Assembly: GCF_004010195.1 (NCBI RefSeq)
Contig: NC_057753.1
Coordinates: 7,803,304 to 7,867,303, forward strand
DNA length: 64,000 nt
Origin: Chiloscyllium plagiosum
Lineage: Eukaryota
Direction: 5' to 3'
In this document: piece by piece, positions 63,655 through 64,000 of the stretch
Layout of the letters: every line of letters begins with the position of its first letter
Position numbering within the stretch: position 1 is the first letter of the stretch
The notes under the pieces: generated by a model
Database searches by the model: none
What the model was told of the DNA's origin: nothing
What the model saw: the letters and a program-made list of their open reading frames with translations, nothing else
Made by a program: the position numbers and the translations under genes

Positions 63655-64000
63655 AATTCAAATAGTGGTTATAGAGGATTCTATAATTAGGGGGACAGAT
63701 AGTATCCTTTGCAAGCCGGATCGGGAGTCTCGCATGGTGTGTTGCCTGCCCAGTGCCAGGGTGCGAGACATCTCCGACCGGCTTGAAAGGATATTGGAGC
63801 GGGAGGGGGAGGATCCAGTTGTTGTGGTCCACGTTGGTACCAACAACATAGGCAAGACTAGGGTGGAGAACCTGTTTGGGCATTACGAAGCACTAGGCAG
63901 GAAATTGAAGCACAGGTCCTCAAGGGTCATAATCTCCGGATTACTGCCCGAGCCACGTGCCAATTGGCATAAGGACAAGAAAATTAGGCAAGTAAACACG
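63655..64000 (+). mobile_element. CR1 ORF1 SGNH-esterase region, open to the window edge
   Basis: IVVIEDSIIRGTDSILCKPDRESRMVCCLPSARVRD...VVVHVGTNNIG...VIISGLLP with no stop codon. Homologous to 21502-21714. Confidence 0.9.

Overview
This is eukaryotic, repeat-dense vertebrate DNA. The repeat content (HE1-type V-SINEs, CR1 LINEs, shark-type Penelope and Gypsy elements) points to a cartilaginous fish, probably a shark; this is an inference. Host genes: one complete two-exon class A GPCR of the GPR139/GPR142-like type (+, exon 1 37800-37869, exon 2 39282-40207, 331 aa), and the first coding exon of a divergently oriented paralogue (-, 1861-2053) whose second exon lies left of the window. Most of the rest is decayed retroelements: about 20 CR1 pieces (one near full length with an SGNH-esterase ORF1), two Gmr1-like Gypsy elements, two Penelope remnants and several SINEs. 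Other features are a ~490-bp 28S rRNA pseudogene starting beside the R2 target site, three recent tandem duplications and a 42-bp minisatellite built from the CR1 3' end. The most notable signal is a set of short palindromic elements with minimal hammerhead-ribozyme cores in both arms (best copy 31995-32224). They appear to be non-autonomous Penelope derivatives. Boundaries of decayed repeats were set by eye and are approximate.
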